Counted from the first letter of the stretch, positions 17,749 to 28,316 are shown. The stretch is 64,000 nucleotides of DNA from Paraflavitalea soli (GCF_003555545.1 NZ_CP032157.1:188546-252545), one strand, 5' to 3'. Made by a program: numbers and translations. The notes: generated by a model from the letters alone, not told the origin.

Positions 17749-18531
17749 TCACAGGATAACGAGGTTCCTGGCTTTATAATCCCGCAGGGGAGCTTCATCG
17801 GGCGACAATTCAGTAATGAGGTAATCGATCTCCGTGAGATCGGCGATCTTCATTTGCATCGAAGAGTTCAGCTTTTCAGAAATGGTAAGTACTGCTACCT
17901 TGGCCGCAGCTTTGATCATGGCTTTCTTTACCTGGATCGTTTCCCAATCCGAATCCGTCAGCCCGCTGTGCACATCGATGGCATTGATCCCTACAATGCA
18001 CAGGTCGGCCTTGATATTGGCCAGGTATTCGAATACTTCTCCACTTACCGTCATTTGGCTATACGCTGATATTTGTCCGCCGATCATGATCGTTTTGATC
18101 AGTGGTTTGTCCAGCAGTTCTACTGCCGTCATGGGATTTACTGTAAGAAAAGTAGCCCGTAAAGTGTTGGGTATTTTTTTAACGAACTCGCGGATCGTAG
18201 TACCGCCGCCGATCAGCACGATCATATCGTCTTTCAGCAGGCTCAGGGTTTTGTCGGCGATCACCAGTTTGTTGTTGCGGGAATAGGTTTTTGAATCATC
18301 GCCGATATGGTAGGCGGCTGACATGGCGCCGCCCTTTATACGGATCAGTTGTCCTTCTTCGGCCAGTTCATTGACATCCCGCCGGATGGTATCCTCCGAT
18401 ACGTCGATCAGTTTCACCAGGTCGGCAAACAGCAAACGGGTGTGAATATTCACCTGTTTAATGATCAGTTGTTTCCGTTCCTTTTTTTGCAGGGCCACCG
18501 GTACGGGTGGCTGTTGCTGGTTGTCTGACAT
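17749..18531 (-). CDS. DeoR/GlpR-family transcriptional regulator
   Basis: N-terminal HTH 'RKQLIIKQVNIHTRLLFADLVKLIDVSEDTIRRDVNELAEEGQLIRIKGGA' + DeoR C-terminal sugar-phosphate-binding domain. 260 aa. Confidence 0.85.
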   Translation of the reverse strand: MSDNQQQPPVPVALQKKERKQLIIKQVNIHTRLLFADLVKLIDVSEDTIRRDVNELAEEGQLIRIKGGAMSAAYHIGDDSKTYSRNNKLVIADKTLSLLKDDMIVLIGGGTTIREFVKKIPNTLRATFLTVNPMTAVELLDKPLIKTIMIGGQISAYSQMTVSGEVFEYLANIKADLCIVGINAIDVHSGLTDSDWETIQVKKAMIKAAAKVAVLTISEKLNSSMQMKIADLTEIDYLITELSPDEAPLRDYKARNLVIL

Positions 18532-18565
18532 TGTTCCCTGGTTTAATTAAATAGTCTGTAAGCCG

Positions 18566-18610
18566 GCAAAGTCCGCAAGTCAGTAAAGTCCGCAAGTCGG
18601 TCAGTAATAC
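18566..18610. repeat. octamer-period tandem repeat (AAGTCCGC/AAGTCAGT/AAGTCGGT)
   Basis: 'aaagtccgcaagtcagtaaagtccgcaagtcggtcagtaatac', read directly; lies between the DeoR start and the SusC promoter region. Confidence 0.7.
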
Positions 18611-18963
18611 AACTGCTGCTTCGCTCTTCTTCCTCTGTTGCCTCTTGCCTTTATGCCTCGTTGCCTTTTTGCAAGATTTGCAATAATACAACTTTTAGCT
18701 GATTGATGGCAAATACGCATGTGCAAACGTCATTTACCTGCCAAAAATAGGGGAGAAGGCGCTTTTGTGCTTATAATTATCTGGTTATTATATTGTTAAT
18801 AGTGCCCTGGTATACCCTCCCACGGCTTTGCTATAATGATTTAGTTAGGCAGTATTTGCAAGGCGCTTCCGTAATTTCTGCATATTATTTGCAGTATTTG
18901 AAATATTTGCAGTAGGTTTGGTTGCTTTTTGCAATTATTAACGCTTCTCAATAACTAACGCTC

Positions 18964-21900
18964 ATGAAGAAAATTACATCAACGAGGCTACTATTGCTAT
19001 GTTTAGCCTTTCACCTGGCAGCGGTCTTTGCCGGCTATGGCCAGGCTGCCGGAGAACCGGCCCCTGTGACCGGTACGGTAAAAAGCGGTAATGATCCGGT
19101 GCCTGGCGCCACCGTCATGCTGGCTACCAATAAAAGAGTGATGACCACCACCGACAATGCAGGCTTCTTCTCCCTCCAACTGCCAGCTGCCGCCAGGCAG
19201 GGTACGGTGCAGCTCACCATCACCTCTATTGGTTTTGCTACCCGCACTGTAGCTGTATCAGCCGGTCAAACTACCATAGACATTCAATTGCAGAAAGATT
19301 CCGGCGCCGTGCTCACCGATGTGGTGGTAACTGCCCTCGGTATCCGCAAATCAAGGAAAGCCGTTACCTATGCCATGTCTGAAGTGAATGGCAGTGAATT
19401 TACCCAGGCCCGCGAAAACAACGTAGCCAATGCCCTCACCGGAAGGATCGCAGGGGTCAACGCTACCGGTTTGTCTACCGGTCCCGGTGGGTCCAGCAGG
19501 GTCATTATCCGCGGTAACGGTTCCCTTACCGGTAATAGTCAGCCGCTGTATGTGATCAATGGCATGCCCATCGACAACAGCGTACCCGGTGGCGGTTCTA
19601 CGCCCAATGGTTCTACCATCAGGACCAGTACCGACCGTGGCGATGGTATCGGCGCCATCAATCCTGATGATATTGAATCCATGACGGTATTGAAAGGAGG
19701 CGCTGCCGCTGCCCTCTATGGATCACGCGGCGCCAATGGCGTTATCCTCATCACTACCAAAAAAGGCCGTGCACAGAAAGGCATCGGCGTGGAATACAAT
19801 GGTACGTTCACCCTCGAAAATGTATCCGTGTTTCCCGATTACCAGTATGAATATGGTCAGGGTGATAATGGCGTAAAGCCTACCACCCTGGCGCAGGCCC
19901 AGGCCACGGGTCGCCGTTCTTTCGGTGCCAAGATCGATGGCTCCACGGATTATATGGCGGCTGATGGAAAGAACCATCCTTACACGGCGCAAAAAGACAA
20001 CCTCAAGAATTTCTACCATACAGGTACCACTTTTACCAATACCATTGCCCTCTCCGGTGGTAATGAATCCGTGGTATACCGGTTCTCCTTATCCGACCTG
20101 AACGCGAAAAGCATTTTGCCCAACAATAAATACAACCGTAAAACGGCCAACCTCAATATCTCCGCCAAATTGAGTGAGAAACTCAGGCTGGAATCAGTGA
20201 TCCAATACAATTTTGAAAAAGGCAATAACCGGCCCATTGCCGGTGATGCCCTGGGCAATCCCAACTGGACACCCTACGAAGTGGCCAATACGGTGGATGC
20301 ACGCTGGCTGAGCCCCGGCTACGATGCCAGTGGCAACGAGATCGTGTGGAATGATGCCGGTATTGTGACTAACAGCTATTTTGTGGTCAATAAGTTCAAA
20401 CAAACTGACAATAAGAACCGTTTCATCGGGCAGGCTGCTATCTCCTACGATATCCTCAAGAACCTGACGGTGAAAGGAACCATTACCCGCGACTTCTACA
20501 ATTACAACTTTACCAGCATCGTACCTACCGGTACCCAATACTGGCCCAATGGTCAATACGATGGTATTAAATCCGATGTGTCCGAAACCAACAGCATGAT
20601 CACCGGTACTTATAAATCCAGTATTGCCAATACCGTTGGATTTACGGTACTGGCCGGCGCCAATACCCGTCGTTTCAAATCGGATGAGCTGACGCTGGCA
20701 GGACGTGATTTTACCACGCCTTATTTTTACAGCTTCTCCAATCTGTCCACCTCATCAGCGGTGCCCGTAGCCAGTGATATAAAGACCAATTCCCTATTCG
20801 GGTCCGTTGACCTGGATTATAAGAATGTATTGTTCCTCACAGCTTCGGGTCGCCAGGATTGGTTCTCTACCCTCAGCCCGGCCAACAACAAGATCTTCTA
20901 CCCCAGTGTAGGTACCAGTTTTATCCTGTCGGATGTGCTGCAGCTGCCAGCCATGTTTGACCTGGTGAAACTGCGGGCTTCCTGGGCCGAAGTAGGCGGC
21001 GGTGGTCCCGATCCATATGCCATCAACCTCGCCTATAGCAGTGTGCCCAGCGCCAGCACCGTGCCCCTGCAGAATGTGAGTTCTGTGGCCATTACCAATG
21101 CCAGCCTCAAACCCTTTACTTCTACCACTTTTGAAGTAGGGTTTAATACACAGTTGTTTGGTGGCCGCCTGGGCGTTGACCTGGCTTTGTACGACCGCAA
21201 ATCATCCGATGATATTGTAAGCGTGCCCATCTCTACTTCCTCTGGCTATACCAGCGCCATCCTCAACTCCGGTGAGTTGAGCAATAAAGGGATTGAGTTA
21301 TTGATAGAGGGTACGCCCATCAAACAAAAAGACTTCAGCTGGAACACCAGTTTCAACTTTGCCTACAACAAGAGTGAAGTGTTGAAGCTGGCCGATGGCA
21401 TCAGTACTTTCTCCCTGGGCAACTCTGTCAACGGCAATGCCTTTATCAATAACCAGGTGGGTAATACCTATGGCGCTATTTATGGCTTCCGTATGCTGCG
21501 CGATGCTGCGGGTAACATTGTGTATGATCCCAATTCCAACCTGCCGGTGCAGACGGATGTCAACCAGCAATTGGGCAAGGGTGTACCTCCCCTCACCATG
21601 GGTTTTTCCAACACGTTCAGGTATAAGCATTTCTCCCTCGACATCCTGGTGGATGGCAAATTTGGCAACAGCATCTTTTCTGTAATGGAAGTATATGCTA
21701 CCCGTTTGGGATTAATGAAATCAACCCTGGCCGGCAGAGAGAATGGTTTGAAGCTGGATGGGGTAACGCAGACGGGCGCTAAGTACAGCTATACCGTGCC
21801 GGTGGCCAACCTGCGGGCAGCGTATTACAATAGCCTCAACAGGTATACTGAATTGTTTGTGCATGATGCCAGCTTTGTAAAATTGCGCCAGGTGATCATC

Positions 21901-22110
21901 TCTTACCGCCTGCCCGAAGGTTTCCTGAAAGGACTAGGTGTACAGTCTGCCAATCTCTCCCTGGTAGGCCGCAACCTGCTCATCCTTTATAAGAAGACCG
22001 ACAACTTCGATCCCGAGCAAAGCCTTACCAACGGCGCTGCACAAGGTATTGAGTCCATCGGCTTACCCCGTACCCGTTCTTATGGCGTAAACCTGATGCT
22101 CAAATTTTAA
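18964..22110 (+). CDS. SusC/RagA-family TonB-linked outer-membrane protein
   Basis: 1048 aa; signal peptide, CarbopepD_reg-like N-domain ('VTGTVKSGNDPVPGATVML'), TonB box/plug ('VVVTALGIRKSRK', 'ESMTVLKGGAAAALYGSRGANGVILITTKKG'), terminal 'LMLKF' beta-barrel end. Confidence 0.95.
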   Translation: MKKITSTRLLLLCLAFHLAAVFAGYGQAAGEPAPVTGTVKSGNDPVPGATVMLATNKRVMTTTDNAGFFSLQLPAAARQGTVQLTITSIGFATRTVAVSAGQTTIDIQLQKDSGAVLTDVVVTALGIRKSRKAVTYAMSEVNGSEFTQARENNVANALTGRIAGVNATGLSTGPGGSSRVIIRGNGSLTGNSQPLYVINGMPIDNSVPGGGSTPNGSTIRTSTDRGDGIGAINPDDIESMTVLKGGAAAALYGSRGANGVILITTKKGRAQKGIGVEYNGTFTLENVSVFPDYQYEYGQGDNGVKPTTLAQAQATGRRSFGAKIDGSTDYMAADGKNHPYTAQKDNLKNFYHTGTTFTNTIALSGGNESVVYRFSLSDLNAKSILPNNKYNRKTANLNISAKLSEKLRLESVIQYNFEKGNNRPIAGDALGNPNWTPYEVANTVDARWLSPGYDASGNEIVWNDAGIVTNSYFVVNKFKQTDNKNRFIGQAAISYDILKNLTVKGTITRDFYNYNFTSIVPTGTQYWPNGQYDGIKSDVSETNSMITGTYKSSIANTVGFTVLAGANTRRFKSDELTLAGRDFTTPYFYSFSNLSTSSAVPVASDIKTNSLFGSVDLDYKNVLFLTASGRQDWFSTLSPANNKIFYPSVGTSFILSDVLQLPAMFDLVKLRASWAEVGGGGPDPYAINLAYSSVPSASTVPLQNVSSVAITNASLKPFTSTTFEVGFNTQLFGGRLGVDLALYDRKSSDDIVSVPISTSSGYTSAILNSGELSNKGIELLIEGTPIKQKDFSWNTSFNFAYNKSEVLKLADGISTFSLGNSVNGNAFINNQVGNTYGAIYGFRMLRDAAGNIVYDPNSNLPVQTDVNQQLGKGVPPLTMGFSNTFRYKHFSLDILVDGKFGNSIFSVMEVYATRLGLMKSTLAGRENGLKLDGVTQTGAKYSYTVPVANLRAAYYNSLNRYTELFVHDASFVKLRQVIISYRLPEGFLKGLGVQSANLSLVGRNLLILYKKTDNFDPEQSLTNGAAQGIESIGLPRTRSYGVNLMLKF

Positions 22111-22128
22111 CCACTAAAAGCAATTGTG

Positions 22129-23676
22129 ATGAAACTATCAATGTCAAAATATACCCGCTTTGTACCGGTGGTGCTGGCTGTTGTGCTCCTGCAATCCTGC
22201 GACAAGGATTTTGAGGAGATCAATACCAATCCCAATGCCGTATCTGTTCCCACACCGCAGTACCTATTCAGCAAAGCGGTGTATGATGGGGCGCTCAACA
22301 GCGGCAATGTGAGCAAGCTCTTGTTCGGCACCATGCAATACATGACCAGCTTCAATGATGTGGAAGGTTTCGGTTCCAAGTACGTGGCTTCCCAGGTCAA
22401 CCTGTCTTCGGCCGTCTTCACCGCCGCCTATCCCAACCAGATCAATGAGATTGGTGAGGTGATCAAGGCCGTGAAGAACGATCCCGCTAAGATCAATATG
22501 TATGCCGTAGCGCGTATCTGGCGTGTGTATTGTTTCAGCCGCCTCACGGATGTGTATGGCGATATCCCTTATTCCGAAGCGGGGCAGGGCTATAACCTGT
22601 CTATCTTTCAGCCTAAATACGATCAGCAGAGCGCCATCTATGCCGATATGCTGAAGGAACTGGAAGAAGCAGCTGCCGCCCTCAACCCGGCCAACGCTGC
22701 CACCTTCGGCGCCTCCGATCTTATTTATGGAGGTAATACTGATCGTTGGAAGAAGTTTGCTTATTCCCTCATGCTGCGCCTGGGCATGCGGCTCTCTAAA
22801 AGAGATGCTACGCTGGCCAAGACCTGGGTCACCAAGGCCATCACCGGTGGCGTGATCCGCGACTATGCCGACATTGCCAAAGTAGATTATGTGGGATCGG
22901 GCCAGAACATCAATAAGAATCCCATTGCTCTGCAATTGTTCAACGACAACTATGTGAAGGCCGATGGCATCAGCAATCCTGAGGGCGGCAAATACCACCA
23001 GGCATTTATCGATTCCCTCAAGGCTAATAACGATCCCCGCTTACCAGTGCTCTCCGTGGTGTATGTGGGCGGTGTTGCCAATACGACCGAAAGCCTTCAG
23101 AAAGGATTGCCTGCGAATATCAATGGTACCAAGCCGGCTGATTTCGTTACTTATTCAGAACCCAAGCAAACCACTGTATTGCGCCAGAATGCGCCCCTGT
23201 TATTATTCACCGTGGCAGAAGCCAATTTCTTATTGGCCGAAGCGGTTTTGAATACCTGGTATGCAGGTGAAACGGCGGCCGCCCTGTATGAAAAAGGCAT
23301 ACGGGCCGCTATGCAGCAGTGGGACCTCATCAGCGGCACCACCAATACCGTCGATGCGGCGCGGATCAATACCTATGTAACGGCGCATGCGCTGAAGACA
23401 AGCGCTTCTGTGGCGGTACAAACAGAACAGATCTATAACCAGGTATGGGTAGGGTTGTTTCCCGATGCGCAGGAAGTGTACAACAATTACCGGAGAACGG
23501 GTTATCCTGCCCTGGTACCCAATAATTATCCGGGCAATGCTACCGGTGGCAAGATGCCACGCAGGTTCATTTACCCTGTAGTAGAACAAACCCTCAACAA
23601 GGTTTCCTATGCTGAAGCGATCGGCCGACAAGGGGCCGATGACATTGTGACAAGGGTATGGTGGGACAAACAATAA
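22129..23676 (+). CDS. SusD/RagB-family nutrient-binding outer-membrane lipoprotein
   Basis: Lipoprotein signal (..LLQSCDKD), ~515 aa, TPR-like helical SusD fold features, immediately after SusC. The ORF-track start at 22126 is GTG; ATG at 22129 preferred. Confidence 0.9.
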   Translation: MKLSMSKYTRFVPVVLAVVLLQSCDKDFEEINTNPNAVSVPTPQYLFSKAVYDGALNSGNVSKLLFGTMQYMTSFNDVEGFGSKYVASQVNLSSAVFTAAYPNQINEIGEVIKAVKNDPAKINMYAVARIWRVYCFSRLTDVYGDIPYSEAGQGYNLSIFQPKYDQQSAIYADMLKELEEAAAALNPANAATFGASDLIYGGNTDRWKKFAYSLMLRLGMRLSKRDATLAKTWVTKAITGGVIRDYADIAKVDYVGSGQNINKNPIALQLFNDNYVKADGISNPEGGKYHQAFIDSLKANNDPRLPVLSVVYVGGVANTTESLQKGLPANINGTKPADFVTYSEPKQTTVLRQNAPLLLFTVAEANFLLAEAVLNTWYAGETAAALYEKGIRAAMQQWDLISGTTNTVDAARINTYVTAHALKTSASVAVQTEQIYNQVWVGLFPDAQEVYNNYRRTGYPALVPNNYPGNATGGKMPRRFIYPVVEQTLNKVSYAEAIGRQGADDIVTRVWWDKQ

Positions 23677-23690
23677 ACGCTATCAAAGGG

Positions 23691-23723
23691 TGGGTCGCCC
23701 TCTGAGGGCGGCTCACCCGGTCT
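23691..23723. repeat. REP-like palindrome GGGTGGGTCGCCC-TCTGA-GGGCGGCTCACCC (related, inverted, to element at 1156-1204)
   Basis: Direct reading; imperfect 13-bp inverted repeat 14 nt after the SusD stop. Confidence 0.55.
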
Positions 23724-23883
23724 AAAGAAGCTATCGAAGTTTTTTTCATAAGTCAGAGATTTTAAGTGGGAGGGCATTTCCATGCCCTCTTTTTTCTACC
23801 TTGGGAAAACGTCTCACGATAGGGAATGATTTCATAGAGTGGGAAAAGTTCACCCTGCTTTGAAAATAGATTTCTCCCTGCGG

Positions 23884-24025
23884 TCGAAATGACAAGGAAG
23901 GAAGAAACGGATCACCCTTGGTTGTCATCCCGAACGGAGCGCACTCCCTCTTTTGTCATCCCGAACGGAGCGCAGCGTAGTGAGGGATCTGCCAGCGAAG
24001 CAAAAGAAAATCGAAGCAAAAGCAA
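23884..24025 (+). repeat. composite dispersed element upstream of GH20 gene: TCGAAATGACAA; TTGTCATCCCGAACGGAGCGCA(C) x2 (second copy extends ..GCGTAGTGAGGGA); then CGAAGCAAAAG x2
   Basis: Sequence read directly. The same module occurs inverted at 55431-55544. TTTTGCTTCGA (reverse complement of CGAAGCAAAA) also occurs x2 at 51381-51405. Confidence 0.7.
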
Positions 24026-24056
24026 TAATGAATAATCAGTATTCAGCAACGCATTC

Positions 24057-26355
24057 ATGAAGAGAAAACAACTTTACATTGCTGCCATATGTTTCTTAGC
24101 GAGTACCCGCCTCACCGCGCAGTCTCCCAAGGAAATTCCCATTCCCCTGATCCCCCGTCCGGTTGATTACCGGCAAGGGGAAGGTGCATTCCCTATCAAT
24201 GCAGCTACTGCCATATATTATGCGCAGGATATACTACGTCCTGCAGCTGAATTGTTGAAAGATTACTTGCATATCCATAAGATCCAACCCATATTGACCT
24301 GGGGTAAGCAAACCGAAGGCGGCACCCATGGTATCTCCCTGCAAATGGATTCCCTTACCGTGCCTCAACCGGAAGGCTACCATTTACAGATCAGCAAAGA
24401 GCATATTGAACTCATTGGCCACGATATGGCCGGCATCATACACGGCATTCAATCCCTGCGGCAACTCGCACAGTCTTCCGCGGGAAAAGGATTGGTAGTG
24501 CCGGGTGGCTCCATCACCGACTACCCCCGCTTTGCTTACCGCAGTATGGCACTGGATGTAAGCCGCCACCTGTTTCCCATTGCCTTTATCAAAAAATACA
24601 TCGACCTGCTATCCCTGTATAAGTTCAACACTTTTCACTGGCACCTCACCGATGACCAGGGATGGCGTATAGAAATAAAGCAATATCCCCGGCTGCAGTC
24701 CGAAGCAGCCTGGCGTAAGCAGACATTGATCGGACATAAGAAAGAAACACCCCACCGGTTTGATGGTATACCCTATGGCGGGTATTATACGCAGGAAGAA
24801 ATAAAAGAAGTAGTGCGCTATGCTACCCAACGAGGCATTACCATCATTCCGGAAATTGAAATGCCCGGTCATGCGCTGGCTGCCCTGAAAGCTTATCCTG
24901 CACTGGGCTGCACAGGCGGACCTTATGAAACAGCCACTTTCTGGGGTGTATTTGATGACGTATTTTGTGCGGGCAACGACAGTACCTTTGTTTTCCTGCA
25001 GCAGGTGCTCGATGAAGTGATGCAACTGTTCCCTTCCCACTATATTCATATCGGGGGCGATGAATGCCCCAAGACGAGGTGGAACGTCTGTCCTAAATGC
25101 CAGCAGCGCATGAAAGCCCACGCCTTGAAAGATGAACATGATCTCCAATCCTATTTTATACAGCGCATAGAAAAATACCTGAACAGTAAAGGGCGCGACA
25201 TCATCGGCTGGGATGAGATACTGGAAGGAGGTCTGGCGCCCAATGCCACGGTGATGAGCTGGCGCGGAGAAGAGGGCGGTATAGCGGCTGCACAACAAAA
25301 ACACCGGGTGATCATGACACCCGAAAGCCATGTGTACTTTGATTATTATTTGTCGCGCAATAAAGCAGAGCCGGTAGCAGCTGGCCATTATACACCATTG
25401 AATAAGGTATACAGTTACCAGCCGGCCTTCAGCCTGCCCGATTCTTTGCAATCGTATATTGCAGGGGTGGAAGGGCAGGCCTGGAGTGAATACCTGGTAG
25501 ATGAACGGCAGGGCGGCTTATATGATCTTTCCCCGCGCCATAGCCCTGGCCGAACTGGCCTGGACACCTGCTGCCTTACGCAATTACGATCATTTCCTGC
25601 AAAGGCTCCGGCCGCAGGCCGCCTTATTAAAACAGCTGGAAGTGCCCTGGGCCGCCAACTTTGATGAAGTGGTGAGCGCCGGTATCAAACCCTCGAAGGG
25701 AATGGTGGCACTATCCCTGTACAGCAGTTATCCGGCGGCGCAGATACGATATACCATTGATGCCAGCACCCCTTCCATAAAGAGTGCGTTGTATACAGGG
25801 CCTGTGGTCATGAAAAAGAGCGGCACGCTGAAAGCCCTGGCTTTTGATGAACGCCAGAAGGTCATCGGCAGAACCTATGAACAACAGGTTACTGTGCACA
25901 AAGCCATTGGCGCTGCAGTGAAGCTGATGAATGAGCCCATGGCGAGGTGGAATCCCGGCAAGGAAGTATTGGTCAATGGCATTGCAGGCGTGGCGCGCTA
26001 CAACGATGCCCAATGGCTGGGCTTTAATGGCGATAACCTCGAAGCGGTGATCGACCTGGGCAATGCCCAAACCATCCGCTCTGTAGGCATGAACCTGCTC
26101 AATTACCACTGGCAACGGATATGGGCGCCGGTAGTGTTGTATATTGAGGTATCGGAGGATGGCGTACAATTCAGGAAAGTGTTTACACAAAAGGATTTTC
26201 CGGTCAATGGTATCAATAGGGTGCGGGCGACTTTCAAGCCGCTCACGGCCAGGTATGTGAAAGTGACCGGTATCAACAAAGGCCTCCTGCAGCCCGGTGA
26301 TTATGGAGCGGGTACGAAGGCCCTGCTGATGATCGACGAAATATTGATTGATTAA
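24057..26355 (+). CDS. GH20 beta-N-acetylhexosaminidase with C-terminal F5/8 type C (discoidin) domain; apparent single-base frameshift near 25495-25510
   Basis: GH20 signatures ('HLGGDE'-like 'HIGGDECP', 'GITIIPEIEMPGH', 'WSEYLVDE..AAYMIFPRAIALAELAW'). The frame switches between 'EYLVDERQ' and 'AAYMIFPR' at a CAGGGCGGC run. C-terminal 'NLLNYHWQRIWAPVVLYIEVSEDG' is F5/8-C-like. The two ORFs (24057..25664, 25501..26355) join into one ~766-aa protein. Confidence 0.8.
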
Positions 26356-26373
26356 TCATAAATCCAGCTTCGC

Positions 26374-27690
26374 ATGTCTTTTATCATTGTAATGGGATGC
26401 ATTGCTTTGCTGATCCTGCTCACCACCTGGGGAAAGTTCAATACTTTCCTGGCCTTCCTGCTGGTGTCCATCCTGGCAGGCATCCTCTTGCAATTGCCTC
26501 CCGATAAAGTGATCGCTTCCGTACAAAAAGGCATGGGCGATACACTGGGGTCGCTGGTGATCATCATTATGCTGGGCGCCATGCTCGGTAAGGTGGTGGC
26601 TGAAAGCGGTGCTGCCCAAAAGATAGCGGGTGTGCTCATGAACGCCTTTGGTCCGCGCAATGTACAATGGGCCCTCATGCTCACCGGCTTTATCATTGGT
26701 ATTCCCCTGTATTATGGAGTTGGTTTTGTACTCATGGTGCCTATTATTTTCTCGGTGGTCTATCAATATAAATTGCCGGCCATCTACGTGGGACTGCCCA
26801 TGCTGGCCGCCTTATCTGTTACCCATGGTTTCCTGCCGCCACATCCTTCACCGGTAGCCCTGGTGGGACAATTGCATGCCAATATGGGCCTTACTTTATT
26901 GTATGGCATCCTGGTGGCCATTCCTGCTATCATTGTTGCCGGACCCGTGTTTGCACGATTCCTGAAGCAGGTGCCATCACAACCTTTACAAACTTTTCGA
27001 CCTTCCACTATAGAAGCGAATAAATTACCTGGCACTGCCATCAGTTTTATTACTGCGCTGTTGCCGGTATTCTTATTGATGCTGACCACCGCCTTGCCTT
27101 ATATATTCAGCAACAGCACACCTGCCGTGAAAGCTGCCCTGGCATTTGTGGGGGAACCGGCCGTGGTGATGCTCATAGCGGTATTGGTAGCTACCTTTAC
27201 GTTGGGAACAGGGATGGGCAAGCCCGTAAAAGTAGTGATGGACAGTTATGCCGATGCGGTGAAAGATATTGCCATGATCCTGCTCATCATAGCAGGAGCC
27301 GGTGCACTCAAGCAGGTATTGTCCGACAGTGGTGTAAGCAATGAGATAGCAGCAGCGCTGCGCACCTGGCCACTGCATCCCCTGGTACTGGGATGGCTGA
27401 TGGCCGCCATCATTCGCGTATGTGTGGGATCGGCTACGGTAGCAGGGTTGACAACGGCCGGCATCATTGCTCCGTTGGTAGTGCAGACAAATGTCAACCC
27501 CAACCTCATGGTATTGTCCGTGGGAGCAGGCAGCCTGATGTTCTCCCATGTGAATGATGCAGGATTCTGGATGTTCAAAGAGTATTTCAACCTGAGTATA
27601 AAAAATACACTTAAAACCTGGTCGGTGATGGAGACCATCGTTTCCATTGCCGGACTGATCGGTGTAATGATATTAAGTTTATGGATATAA
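26374..27690 (+). CDS. GntP-family permease (gluconate/D-serine:H+ symporter family)
   Basis: 438 aa, ~12 TM segments, GntP-type N-terminus 'LLILLTTWGKFNTFLAFLLVSILAGI..'. Confidence 0.9.
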   Translation: MSFIIVMGCIALLILLTTWGKFNTFLAFLLVSILAGILLQLPPDKVIASVQKGMGDTLGSLVIIIMLGAMLGKVVAESGAAQKIAGVLMNAFGPRNVQWALMLTGFIIGIPLYYGVGFVLMVPIIFSVVYQYKLPAIYVGLPMLAALSVTHGFLPPHPSPVALVGQLHANMGLTLLYGILVAIPAIIVAGPVFARFLKQVPSQPLQTFRPSTIEANKLPGTAISFITALLPVFLLMLTTALPYIFSNSTPAVKAALAFVGEPAVVMLIAVLVATFTLGTGMGKPVKVVMDSYADAVKDIAMILLIIAGAGALKQVLSDSGVSNEIAAALRTWPLHPLVLGWLMAAIIRVCVGSATVAGLTTAGIIAPLVVQTNVNPNLMVLSVGAGSLMFSHVNDAGFWMFKEYFNLSIKNTLKTWSVMETIVSIAGLIGVMILSLWI

Positions 27691-27701
27691 AAAACCTTAC
27701 A

Positions 27702-28181
27702 ATGGAGCACATGACAATTAAAAGCGCAGAAGAACAGTTTGTAAAGTTAGGGTTAAGCTTACCTCCGGCCCCTACACCCCTGGGTGTGTACAAACCTTTC
27801 TTAATTGACGGCAAGTACCTGTACGTTTCAGGTCATGGTCCGGTACTCAACAACCGGACATTGATCACCGGACGTATCGGGAAAGACATGGACATAGAGC
27901 AGGGGAAACAGGCGGCGCAGCAGGTAGGGCTCACCATTCTCTCCACTATCCGCACGCATGTGGGTGACCTGGATAGGGTGAAGCGCGTGATCAAAATATT
28001 GGGTATGGTCAATTGTACCCCCGATTTTGAGCGGCATCCTTATGTGATCAATGGATGCAGTGAGTTGTTTGCCGCCATCTGGGGCGAAGAGCATGGCATC
28101 GGCGTACGCAGCGCTGTAGGCTTTGGCTCCCTGCCCGATAACATTCCCGTGGAAATAGAAGCTGTGTTTGAATTGCATTGA
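27702..28181 (+). CDS. RidA (YjgF/Rid) family reactive-intermediate deaminase
   Basis: ~160 aa; RidA-family core 'PAPTPLGVYKPFLIDGKYLYVSGHGP...ELFAAIWGE.HGIGVRSAVGFGSLPDNIPVEIEAVFEL'. Start ambiguous (27681/27702/27711); the GntP stop is at 27690. Confidence 0.85.
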   Translation: MEHMTIKSAEEQFVKLGLSLPPAPTPLGVYKPFLIDGKYLYVSGHGPVLNNRTLITGRIGKDMDIEQGKQAAQQVGLTILSTIRTHVGDLDRVKRVIKILGMVNCTPDFERHPYVINGCSELFAAIWGEEHGIGVRSAVGFGSLPDNIPVEIEAVFELH

Positions 28182-28183
28182 GG

Positions 28184-28253
<70 letters not shown>

Positions 28254-28281
28254 TTGTGAATCGTTTGCTGCATTGCCTTTC

Positions 28282-28316
28282 GCTCGGAGCTCGTAGCTCA
28301 CAGCTCGCAGCTGTAA
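28282..28316 (+). repeat. heptamer tandem repeat (GCTCGNN family: GCTCGGA GCTCGTA GCTCACA GCTCGCA GCTGTAA)
   Basis: Direct reading. Confidence 0.8.
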
